Of a DNA stretch of 64,000 bases, positions 18,028 through 26,348 are shown piece by piece. The translations under genes were made by a program, and so were the position numbers. Position 1 is the first letter of the stretch; each line of letters begins with the position of its first letter. The notes under the pieces were generated by a model. That model was not told the DNA's origin. It did not search any database and was given only the letters and a program-made list of their open reading frames with translations. Origin of the DNA: Alphaproteobacteria bacterium (GTDB taxonomy: Bacteria; Pseudomonadota; Alphaproteobacteria; JAAEOK01); contig JAAEOK010000033.1 in NCBI GenBank assembly GCA_024244705.1, positions 20,534-84,533 of the forward strand, in the 5' to 3' direction.

Positions 18028-18896
18028 TTCGCGATCCGTATGGCGAGGCGGCCATGAAACCGGATCGTGACCTCGGTCGAGAACGTCGCCTCGCCGAGAT
18101 CGATCTCGACCGGCTTTAGTTCGTTCGACGAATCGCCGACCTTGACCGGCTCGAACCGGGCGAGGCGCAGCGGCAGTTGCCAGTCCGCGCTCATTAGAAC
18201 GGTCTCGTCGCCCGCAGCCAGTTCCGCGACCCCGTCATCGCTGTCGATTTCGAGCACCGGCGAGTCGCGCTCGCTGTCGTCGAGTTTCCACATCGCTTCC
18301 GGCCATTGGATCAGCTCGAAGAGCGGCGGCTCGCTGCCGACCGGCGTCATCAACACCAGGTCGGGCCGGTCGGCGATGGGAAAGGGTGGCAGGCCAGGCT
18401 GCAGCCAGATCACGGTCGCGTCGCCGCGCCGCATCTCGCCAAGATAGCGCCGGCGTTCGACCACGACCACGGCGACATCGGCCAGTTCCCTGACATTGTC
18501 AGCCAGCCGCAGCGGAAAATCGGCATCGCGCCGGGATAGGGCGGAGACCACCAGCGGATCCAGCACCAATGTGTCCTCGGTGATCTCGGCCAAAGGGTAA
18601 GTCATGTTTTCGCTGTAGGGCGCCCCGCGAAGGGAAATCGTGTCGCCGGCATCGACCAATAGTTCGATGACGACGGCACTGGGGTCAGCTGTCGGATTCG
18701 CGTGAGTATCAGCGCCGTCCTGTGCTTCCGCGCGTGCTGAAACAACCACCAAGGCCACAGCAGTCAAGAACGTCACAAGCGGGCAGTGCCGTTTGGGTCG
18801 ACCTCGTTTTTGGACGATTTCAGTACCTTCGATCAAGGCGATGTCCAACGACTCTTTGCCCCCGTCAATTTCAGTCGGAGCAAGGAAACGCCGCAA
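18024..18896 (-). CDS. Secreted or membrane-anchored hypothetical protein (island gene E, first gene of the E-D-C operon)
   Basis: Hydrophobic segment CPLVTFLTAVALVVVSARAEA follows the basic KRGRPKRH stretch. The start is uncertain. The ORF-track start at 18896 is a TTG that overlaps a perfect TATAAT (18896-18901, minus strand), so the real start may be a downstream TTG near 18848. Confidence 0.55.
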   Translation of the reverse strand: MRRFLAPTEIDGGKESLDIALIEGTEIVQKRGRPKRHCPLVTFLTAVALVVVSARAEAQDGADTHANPTADPSAVVIELLVDAGDTISLRGAPYSENMTYPLAEITEDTLVLDPLVVSALSRRDADFPLRLADNVRELADVAVVVVERRRYLGEMRRGDATVIWLQPGLPPFPIADRPDLVLMTPVGSEPPLFELIQWPEAMWKLDDSERDSPVLEIDSDDGVAELAAGDETVLMSADWQLPLRLARFEPVKVGDSSNELKPVEIDLGEATFSTEVTIRFHGRLAIRIAK

Positions 18897-19037
18897 TTAT
18901 ACTACGTTTACCGAAAAAGTTCGGCATCGCAGTTCTAAATCCATCGCGGCCTCCTATCGAAAACCGCCCTGAATCCCGCGACGGATCGCAAAAGGACCTG
19001 GCATTCCAATTGGTGCAGTCAAATGATTTCAGCACCG

Positions 19038-19293
19038 CTCATTGGCCTGCGGCGCCCGCGGTGGTCGTCCGCAATGGTTATGGGCGAAATTCTCAGGGCG
19101 CCAAACGAGTGCCCGGTCGCGAGAAAATCTGGCCGAAACCCTCGATCGAATCCCCGATCCCGGCGCGCCGGAGGCAGCTCCAGAACTGCGCCTGGTTACT
19201 GGTGATGACGGGCTTGCCGGTGAGTTGTTCGATCTCCTCGGCGACTTCCAGAGAGCGGATACCGCCGCAGCTCAAGAATATGGCGTCGGCGTC
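19038..19293. repeat. Right copy of the imperfect direct repeat (3' end of the intact racemase-family gene plus flank)
   Basis: See the left copy at 9121-9389. Same orientation, roughly 85-90% identity by eye. Confidence 0.85.
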
Positions 19294-19881
19294 GGGGCGA
19301 TCGATTTCGAGTGCGAACGCCTTCCAGTAGTCCGGCGTAACGCAGCCGAATTCGATGCCGGTCGTGAGGTTGAGGCCCTGCATATCGAGTACCTCGAAGC
19401 CCTTGCCGACCAGAAATTCCGCCTCGGCGGTGTTGATCTCATCGAGGTAGGGCGTCCCGACGACCAGTTTTTGCACGCCCAATTCCCGCAGCGCATCGAC
19501 CACCCCCGTAACCAGGCACATCGGCCTCGCCCACGGCGCGCCCTTTTCGATTTCCGCCATCACTCGTTCTTCGCCGATCACGATGGAACCGCTGGTACAG
19601 CTGTAGCTGACAACGTCCGGCTTGGTGTCCGGCTGAATGCGCGACGCCGCGTCGGCCATGGTGTCGATATGGCGGGCGAGCGTTTCATTGGTCGTGTAAT
19701 CCTCCGACTTGAGCCGCGTGATGTGCACCGCGACGCCCTCGGGCGCCATGGCGAAGAAATCCGACTCGGCCGCCAGGTCGGTCGACATCAGGATGAAGCC
19801 GAGCCTTGCCCGCCAGTGTTTGCCGGCATCGAGTTGCGGCTGCCGTGCCTTCGATTGGATCGTCTCTCCTGATTTGAACAT
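19093..19881 (-). CDS. Asp/Glu/hydantoin racemase family protein (maleate isomerase / arylmalonate decarboxylase-like)
   Basis: Two Cys-containing catalytic-type blocks, VVSYSCTSGS and AIFLSCGGIRS. 262 aa. Last gene of a four-gene minus-strand operon. Confidence 0.8.
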   Translation of the reverse strand: MFKSGETIQSKARQPQLDAGKHWRARLGFILMSTDLAAESDFFAMAPEGVAVHITRLKSEDYTTNETLARHIDTMADAASRIQPDTKPDVVSYSCTSGSIVIGEERVMAEIEKGAPWARPMCLVTGVVDALRELGVQKLVVGTPYLDEINTAEAEFLVGKGFEVLDMQGLNLTTGIEFGCVTPDYWKAFALEIDRPDADAIFLSCGGIRSLEVAEEIEQLTGKPVITSNQAQFWSCLRRAGIGDSIEGFGQIFSRPGTRLAP

Positions 19882-19891
19882 CGATCGCCCC

Positions 19892-21040
19892 TCAGAGGAT
19901 TACGTCGTCGAGTGCCTTCGCGTGATCCGTGATCTGCTCATACCCATCCTCGGTGATGATGAAGCTGTCACCGACTTGCGCGCGGAAACTCTTGGTCTCG
20001 CTGACCGAGCCGTCGACCGCCAACACCATGCCGGGGCGAAGAACTGTTTTGTCTCCGAGAACGAGTTCGGGCTTTTCCAAATAGCTGTATCCGGTGGCAC
20101 GCCCACAGCGGAATGGGTAATCGAAACCCGCTTCCTCGATGACGGCGGCATAGGCCCGATGCACCTCTTCGGCGGTGACGCCGGGGCGAAGGACGCTCAG
20201 CGCCGCCGCCTGGCTGTCGACCGCCACCCGATAGATTTCGGCCTGTTTGCTGTCCTGCACTTCGCCGATCCAGAACGTGCGGTCGAAACCCAGCTTGAAG
20301 CGGTGAAAATTCGTCATCCCGCAAAAGCACAGGAAGACCGGATCGCCGCGCTTCATGATGCGCGTCGAGGCTCGGTGATGGGGCTTCGTGATTTCGTCGC
20401 CCGACGCCATGATCTGCAGGAAATGCGTGTTCGGCGACATGCACCGATCGGAATAGTGGGTCGCCAGCAACTCGGCCGCCTTGCGCGTGCCCGCGGACGA
20501 CGTCGCCAGAGCCACCTCGTATTCCGGCACGCCGGGTCCGATCGCCGCGCGTCCCGCCTCCATCATCGCCATGGCGACCGCGCCGGCGTGGCGCGCGATC
20601 TGCAATTCTTCGTCCGACTTGATCATGCGCATTTCGGAAATGACCGGGGCGACGTCTCCCAGCTTGCCATCCTCGACGAGTGTGTTGAGGTAGCTGCGCA
20701 CGATCGGCGGCATCCGGTCGGGCTCGATCCCGACCCGCACATTGCCGCTCAGTATGGACGGCAATTCCTCGCGCCATTCGTTGCCAAGTCCGTCGTTCCA
20801 GGCCGCGATTCGGTCGACCCGCGCCGCCGCCTCGGCCATGTCCAATTCCATGCTCGGCGTGATCAGGAGGGCCTCGCCATCCTTGGGCACGACCAGAATC
20901 GTCGGCCGCCCAAAGTCCATGTGCAGGTAATCGTAATAACCGGTGAAGTAGTAAACGCTGTCGTCGTCGGTTATCAGCGCGAGGTCGAAACCGGTTTCGG
21001 CCAACTTGGCGCGCAAGCTCCCCATCCGCTGCGTAAACAT
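19892..21040 (-). CDS. M24 family metallopeptidase (Xaa-Pro dipeptidase / creatinase / ectoine-hydrolase-like)
   Basis: Internal ATG at 21040 (MFTQRMGSLRAKLAETGFD...) overlaps the upstream stop (TAATG). It has a creatinase-type N-domain then a pita-bread domain (SDEELQIARHAGAVAMAMMEA ...). The 83 codons upstream in the ORF track are Arg-rich and overlap the M20 gene, so I excluded them. Confidence 0.8.
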   Translation of the reverse strand: MFTQRMGSLRAKLAETGFDLALITDDDSVYYFTGYYDYLHMDFGRPTILVVPKDGEALLITPSMELDMAEAAARVDRIAAWNDGLGNEWREELPSILSGNVRVGIEPDRMPPIVRSYLNTLVEDGKLGDVAPVISEMRMIKSDEELQIARHAGAVAMAMMEAGRAAIGPGVPEYEVALATSSAGTRKAAELLATHYSDRCMSPNTHFLQIMASGDEITKPHHRASTRIMKRGDPVFLCFCGMTNFHRFKLGFDRTFWIGEVQDSKQAEIYRVAVDSQAAALSVLRPGVTAEEVHRAYAAVIEEAGFDYPFRCGRATGYSYLEKPELVLGDKTVLRPGMVLAVDGSVSETKSFRAQVGDSFIITEDGYEQITDHAKALDDVIL

Positions 21041-22215
21041 TAGGCGCCCGGACCCGCGAGTTGTTGCTCGACAAGCCTGACCCAGAACGACGAACCCACG
21101 GTCAGCGCGTCGTCGCAAAAATCGTAATCGTCGGAATGAAGCGGCCGCGCGTGGGCGCCTCGCGTTCCGTTCCCCAACAGGACGAAGCACCCCGGACGCG
21201 CGGCGGCCATATGCGCGAAGTCCTCGGAAAAGAGCTTTGCATCGCAATCCCCGTCGACGCGCTCGGCGCCAACCAGTTTGGCCGCGCATTCGGCGGCGGC
21301 GCGAGCCGCCCGCGGCGCGTTGATCGTCGATGGAAAAACGGTGTCGTAGGTGACCATCGCGGAGACCCCGTGAGCCCGGCAGATGCCGTCGACGATTCGA
21401 CGCATGTGGGCCTCGATGTCGGCATTGATCTCCGGCCGCAGCGCGCGGGCATCTCCGCGCAATGTGGCCTTACCGGGAAGCACGTTCCGTTTACCGTCGG
21501 TGATGAATTCCGTGACCGATACGACGCCGTTCACGCTGGGGTTGAGTTTTCGCGAAACGATCGTCTGCAGCGCCCCGACAATTTCGGTTCCGACGGTGAT
21601 GGCGTCGACACCCATATGGGGCAGCGCCGCGTGACCTCCGCGCGCCGTGACCTCGATTTCGAAGAGACTTTCGCTGGCCGTAATCGGGCCGGCGCGGGTC
21701 GCGATTGTTCCGAGCTCCATGCCGGGGATATTGTGGATTCCATAAACCTCATCGACGGGAAAGCGCTCGAAGAGACCGTTCTCGATCATCGCCGGGGCGC
21801 CCATACCGTGCTCTTCGTTGGGCTGGAAGATGAACACGACCCGGCCGTTGAAGGCGCCGCTCGCGGCAAGATGTTTGGCCGCGCCCAGCAGCATCGTGGT
21901 GTGGCCGTCGTGGCCGCAGGCATGCATCACGCTGTCGGTCCCCGATCGATGCGCCGGCTCTTTCGCCTCGTGAATCGGCAGCGCGTCCATATCGGCACGA
22001 AGCCCGACACTCCGCGTATCGTTCCCGCGTTGCAGGATTCCCACCACACCGGTGCGACCGATACCGCGGTAGACGTCGAGCCCGAATTCTTCCAGCAGGT
22101 CGGCAACCCGCGCCGACGTGCGATGTTCCTCGAAACCCAGTTCCGGGTGGCGGTGAAAATCGCGGCGCCACTCGACCATGACATCTTTCAGCGATTGTGT
22201 GGGTAGATCGGTCAC
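21040..22215 (-). CDS. M20 family amidohydrolase (hippurate hydrolase / N-acyl-amino-acid amidohydrolase-like)
   Basis: WRRDFHRHPELGFEEHRTS and MHACGHDGH motifs. Start is taken as GTG 22215 (VTDLPTQSLKDVMVEW), with ATG 22179 as the alternative. The ORF-track N-terminal extension is rejected. Confidence 0.8.
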   Translation of the reverse strand: MTDLPTQSLKDVMVEWRRDFHRHPELGFEEHRTSARVADLLEEFGLDVYRGIGRTGVVGILQRGNDTRSVGLRADMDALPIHEAKEPAHRSGTDSVMHACGHDGHTTMLLGAAKHLAASGAFNGRVVFIFQPNEEHGMGAPAMIENGLFERFPVDEVYGIHNIPGMELGTIATRAGPITASESLFEIEVTARGGHAALPHMGVDAITVGTEIVGALQTIVSRKLNPSVNGVVSVTEFITDGKRNVLPGKATLRGDARALRPEINADIEAHMRRIVDGICRAHGVSAMVTYDTVFPSTINAPRAARAAAECAAKLVGAERVDGDCDAKLFSEDFAHMAAARPGCFVLLGNGTRGAHARPLHSDDYDFCDDALTVGSSFWVRLVEQQLAGPGA

Positions 22216-22383
22216 GCTTAACGGTCTCTCGATTGACAAAACAAAGGGCGGCCAGCGACCCCTTATCAGATCGGCGAGGTGAGCGCTATTGTCGTCGCGC
22301 CGGCACGCCGCGCGTTCAATTCTGCCGCGGCGAGTTCGGTCCGCGCACCGCTGCCGAGCCCGCCATGGGACTCGGCCGGACAC

Positions 22384-23826
22384 TCAGGCCGGTGGCGGAT
22401 AGATGCCGACGAGCTTGGTCTTGAGGTAGGGGTCGAGAGCCTCGGTTCCGCCTTCGACCCCGTAGCCGCTGTCCTTCCAGCCGCCGAGCGGCGATTCCGG
22501 GAAATGCGGCGGGACGTCATTGACGCCGACGAGACCGGACTGGAAACCGTCGATGAAGCGCCGATGCTCTTCCGCGCGCGCGGTGAAAAGGTAGGACGCC
22601 AACCCGTATTCGAGCCCGTTGGCCGCTTCGAGCGCCGCCTCCGGGTCGCTGAACGGCGCGATCGGGGCCACCGGGCCAAAGGGCTCGACCGTCATCATGT
22701 CGCTGTCGGCGGGAACCCCGGTGAGAACCGTTGGCTCGAAGAAATAGCCGCGGTTGCCGGCCCGGCTGCCGCCGGTCACCACGTTCGCGCCCTTGTCGAC
22801 CGCCTCGTCGACCATACGCTCGATCGCCGCCAGGCGCCGGTCATTGGCCAGCGGGCCCATCTCCGTCGCCGGGTCCTTGCCGGCGCCGATCTTGAGGCCG
22901 CTGGCGGCGGCGGCGAAGCGGTCGACGAATTCCTCGTAGACCTTGTCGTGGACCATGAAGCGCGTCGGCGAGACACAGACCTGGCCGGAATTGAAGAACT
23001 TGCGCTGGGCCAACAACCGGGCGGCCGCGTCGACATCGACATCGTCGAAGACGACCACCGCCGAATGCCCGCCGAGTTCCATGGTGACCGGTTTCATATG
23101 CTCGCCGGCGCGCGCCGCGAGCAGCTTGCCGACCGGAATCGAGCCGGTGAAAGTGACCTTGCGGATGGCCGGCGCCGCGATCAGCGGTCGCGATATCTCA
23201 TCCGGAACGCCGAAGACGACGTTGACCGCGTCGCCGGGCAATCCGGCATCGAGCAAGGCCTTGACCAGCTCGATGGCCGAACCGGGCGTTTCCTCGGCCG
23301 GCTTGAGGACACAGGAACAGCCGGCGCCGAGCAGGGCGCCGAGCTTCTTGGCGACCAGCACCATGGGGAAGTTCCACGGCGTCAAGGCGGCGACGACACC
23401 GATCGGGACCTTGTCGACGATCATGCGGGAAACGCCATCGCGGCCGCGGGAGGTCCGCCCCGACACCCGCCGGCCCTCCTCGCCGCCCCACTCGATGAAA
23501 TCGGCGGCGCGGTCGATTTCGGCCGCCGCCTGAGCTAGCGGCTTGCCCTGCTCCCGGGTCATCACCAGGGCCATATCGTCGCGCCGCGCGCGGATGATCT
23601 GCGCCGCCTTGTGCAGGATGGCGCCGCGATCCCAGGCCGAAACCCGCGACCATTCGCGCAAGCCCTTCTCGGCGGACGCGATGGCGCGCTGCAAATCGGC
23701 CTCGCCGGCGTGGCACAGGGCACCGATCGGTTCCTCGGTCGCCGGATCGAGAACCGGCCCGGTCACGCCGTCGCTGCCCGCGACCCAGTCACCGGCAATG
23801 AAGAGTGGGAAAATGTGATCGCTCAT
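22384..23826 (-). CDS. NAD(P)-dependent aldehyde dehydrogenase (succinate-semialdehyde dehydrogenase-like)
   Basis: ALDH motifs TMELGGHSA, FFNSGQVCVSPTR (catalytic Cys) and EPFGPV. 480 aa. Confidence 0.9.
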   Translation of the reverse strand: MSDHIFPLFIAGDWVAGSDGVTGPVLDPATEEPIGALCHAGEADLQRAIASAEKGLREWSRVSAWDRGAILHKAAQIIRARRDDMALVMTREQGKPLAQAAAEIDRAADFIEWGGEEGRRVSGRTSRGRDGVSRMIVDKVPIGVVAALTPWNFPMVLVAKKLGALLGAGCSCVLKPAEETPGSAIELVKALLDAGLPGDAVNVVFGVPDEISRPLIAAPAIRKVTFTGSIPVGKLLAARAGEHMKPVTMELGGHSAVVVFDDVDVDAAARLLAQRKFFNSGQVCVSPTRFMVHDKVYEEFVDRFAAAASGLKIGAGKDPATEMGPLANDRRLAAIERMVDEAVDKGANVVTGGSRAGNRGYFFEPTVLTGVPADSDMMTVEPFGPVAPIAPFSDPEAALEAANGLEYGLASYLFTARAEEHRRFIDGFQSGLVGVNDVPPHFPESPLGGWKDSGYGVEGGTEALDPYLKTKLVGIYPPPA

Positions 23827-23933
23827 GGCGGGCTCCCCAAAGTTCGATGAATTTCAGTGGCGGCGCGGCGCCCCCACAGGTTATCGAAGTCGCGGCGGGC
23901 ACGCCGCAATATGGTCACGACGGTCGCATCCGA

Positions 23934-25106
23934 TTACGCCAGCGATGCATAGACCGCGCGCTTTTCGGCGATACCCTTGAAGGCGAATTCGCCCAATGGC
24001 TCGAATTCGCCGCCATGGAGCGCGGCGAACTGGGCCGAGACGAGAACGGTGCGATCGAGCTCCCGGGTCAGGCCTTCGATACGGCTCGCCAGGTTGACCG
24101 CCGGTCCGATAACGGTGAAATCGAGACGCGACTCGCCGCCGACGTTGCCATAGAGAACATCGCCGACATGCAGCGCGATGCCAAATCCGATCAGTGGTCT
24201 CGCCTCTGCTTTACGGACCACGTTTCGGTCCGCCAAGGCGGCCGCCGCCGACCGCGCCGCGGCAAGCGCGCGATGGGCCGCCTCGCTGTCGTCTCCATCG
24301 GGCTGGAAGATCGCCATCACCGCGTCGCCGATGAACTTCAGCACCTCGCCGCCTTCGGTTTCGATGGCAGCGGTAACGATGTCGAAATAGTCGTTGAGCA
24401 GGTCGATAAGCCGCGGCCCCGGGACGATCTCGGACAGGGCGGTAAAGCCCTTCAAATCCGAGAACCAAATCGCGGCGCGGATATTCTCTTGCATACCGCG
24501 CTTGATCGCGCCGTCGAGAACGCGCCGGCCGGCGACGCGCCCGACATAAGTGTCGAGGAGGATCCCGGTCACCCGCCGCATATAGATGGCCTCCTCCAAT
24601 GCTGCGACGTAGGGCCCGATCGCCTCCAGCAGGGCTATTTCGACGTCGTCGAATCCGCCGGGCCGGTCGGTGGCATAGGAGACCGCCTTGGTCGAGCCGT
24701 CGGAGAACGGCAGCGGTATGGCCACATAGTCGGTCAGACCGGCGGCGCGGAGGTCGGGCAGAATGGTGAACTCGCCGTCGCGGGGCGGTGTCTCCAACCG
24801 GCAGCGAACGGTGCGGGCCTCGGTGTAAACGATGAACAGCGGCGAATTTTCAAACACCGCGACCGTATCCGGCGTGCGGCGATAGGTCCGGCCCTGAGTG
24901 CCCTTGCCGCGCTCCCACAATCCCGAGACGAAGTCGAGCTGAGGATGGAGGGTCGGAACTCCGGTGCTGACGCGCTCGATCGGCAGCCCGGCCGCGACCA
25001 GGCGCTCGCCGAACGCGTTGAGGTAGTCGGCATCGTTCGCGATCAATCGCGCTTCGCCAATGAGCCAGGCGCACACGGCCTCGGTCTGCGGATGGCGATC
25101 GCCCAT
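23934..25106 (-). CDS. Class III adenylate/guanylate cyclase with an unknown N-terminal domain
   Basis: Catalytic domain blocks AIWFSDLKGFTAL, KFIGDAVMAIF and DFTVIGPAVNLASRIEG. Confidence 0.85.
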   Translation of the reverse strand: MGDRHPQTEAVCAWLIGEARLIANDADYLNAFGERLVAAGLPIERVSTGVPTLHPQLDFVSGLWERGKGTQGRTYRRTPDTVAVFENSPLFIVYTEARTVRCRLETPPRDGEFTILPDLRAAGLTDYVAIPLPFSDGSTKAVSYATDRPGGFDDVEIALLEAIGPYVAALEEAIYMRRVTGILLDTYVGRVAGRRVLDGAIKRGMQENIRAAIWFSDLKGFTALSEIVPGPRLIDLLNDYFDIVTAAIETEGGEVLKFIGDAVMAIFQPDGDDSEAAHRALAAARSAAAALADRNVVRKAEARPLIGFGIALHVGDVLYGNVGGESRLDFTVIGPAVNLASRIEGLTRELDRTVLVSAQFAALHGGEFEPLGEFAFKGIAEKRAVYASLA

Positions 25107-25114
25107 CGCGCCGC

Positions 25115-26218
25115 CTAGTCCACGTTCTTGCCGGCGACCGGCCAGTCGGCGAGGTGCTGGTTGCCCCAGGTCGAGTCTTCCTTGCGGATGGCGAAAGTGG
25201 TCACCAGATCGGGCACGCAGAGCATCAACAGGCCGCGATTGATCAGCGACCGCGGCGCCAGTGTGACAACCCAGGTATCCTCATGGGCGCTGTCCTGTCC
25301 GGGCTTGGGCGCGCCGAGATAATTCGATGGGATCGGCATCACCTGCGCCCAATAGGTGCGGTGGCCGTGAAGGTGCATGCCGGTGGCGTATTTCTTGTAC
25401 TTGAGCTCGAACTCTCCATCTTGCTCGACGCGAACCGGTTCGTAGCGGTTGGTATCGAACCCGCTCAGCATTGGCTGGCGCTCGGGGTCCTCGTATTTCG
25501 AAATCACATCGATCAGCCTGCGATCGACATTCACGTCGTCCTGAAAATAGGAGATCCATTTGACGTCGGGATCGGCAAGCCAGTATTCGATGCCGACGTT
25601 GAGCGCGGCGGCGACGCCACGATTGGTCGGCAAGCACAAATAGCGCGCACCGCAACCCTCGACGATGGTCCGGTTCTCCGCCGCCGCGTCCGGCGACGAG
25701 CCGTCGTCGACGACCAACGTCGGCAGACCGAGCGCGACAACCGTCGGCAGCGACCGGCCGAGCGCCTTGGGACGATTGAACGTGGTGACCAAGGCGGCGC
25801 GTTCCCGCCCTTCGCCGGCGATGGCAGGCGCGACTTTCGTGGCATCGAACAGCGGCGACGCATCGGCGGCGCCGGTCTCGTTGAAACTGTAGGCGGCGAG
25901 CGCGGTGTCGAAAAAACGGCTTTCGATTCGCGGCGTGTCGCGGTCTTTGCGTCCGAGAACGATATATTTCGGCGCTTCTAGGGAGGCGTGGTAGTGGGTG
26001 GCCAGACGGTGCAGCAGGGCCGGCGACAGATCGTAGATTCGCCGCTTGCGCAAGACCGCCCATTTGGCATCGAGGGCCAGCAGGTCGGCATCGTCGGCGA
26101 ACGGTTCGAGGGGTATTGCCCGGGGAAAACTGACGCGGTAGGGCCGGTTGGTCAGCACCGGCGACCATAGGCCGCCGCGCAGCATGACAAAATTCCACGG
26201 GCGCGAGAAATAGAGCAT
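25115..26218 (-). CDS. Family 2 glycosyltransferase
   Basis: GT-A features ALVTTFNRPKALGRSL, LVVDDGSS and NRGVAAALNVG. Start is taken at ATG 26218 (MLYFSRPW), because the longer ORF would overlap the upstream EamA gene. Confidence 0.7.
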   Translation of the reverse strand: MLYFSRPWNFVMLRGGLWSPVLTNRPYRVSFPRAIPLEPFADDADLLALDAKWAVLRKRRIYDLSPALLHRLATHYHASLEAPKYIVLGRKDRDTPRIESRFFDTALAAYSFNETGAADASPLFDATKVAPAIAGEGRERAALVTTFNRPKALGRSLPTVVALGLPTLVVDDGSSPDAAAENRTIVEGCGARYLCLPTNRGVAAALNVGIEYWLADPDVKWISYFQDDVNVDRRLIDVISKYEDPERQPMLSGFDTNRYEPVRVEQDGEFELKYKKYATGMHLHGHRTYWAQVMPIPSNYLGAPKPGQDSAHEDTWVVTLAPRSLINRGLLMLCVPDLVTTFAIRKEDSTWGNQHLADWPVAGKNVD

Positions 26219-26348
26219 TCGATTCCCATTGGCGGCGGGGCGTTGGCGGGGCCGACCGTATCCGGCGATTGTCCGTGCCGTTGCCGACCGCATCCGATAG
26301 CAATTACCACCCGCTGTCGGCAAGCCTCTGTCGCGGTTCGACACTTTC

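Larger units (their letters stand above)
9390..19037. mobile_element. Decayed genomic island (~9.6 kb) inserted at the 3' end of the racemase-family gene; no integrase or transposase intact
   Basis: Bounded by the 9121-9389 / 19038-19293 direct repeats. GC is lower and heterogeneous: line 12301-12360 is 30/60 and line 16261-16320 is 25/60 by hand count. Its left end carries gene-fragment scars and an IS remnant. The cargo genes are unrelated to the flanking catabolic genes. Confidence 0.65.

Noticed and set aside
9390-19037. Search for an integrase, excisionase, tRNA/tmRNA attachment site or intact transposase in the island
   Set aside because: None found in any frame. The island is therefore called decayed and non-mobile rather than an ICE, prophage or IS composite.
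19093-21040. Naming the M24 and racemase-family genes doeA/eutD and eutA (ectoine utilisation)
   Set aside because: The family-level resemblance is real, but the rest of the doe/eut gene set is not visible. The names would be over-interpretation.
19709-25118. Long ORFs 19709..21043(+), 19968..21074(-), 21061..22206(+), 22279..23538(+) and 23805..25118(+)
   Set aside because: They are antisense or alternative frames of the M24, M20, ALDH and cyclase genes, all of which carry diagnostic motifs in the chosen frames.
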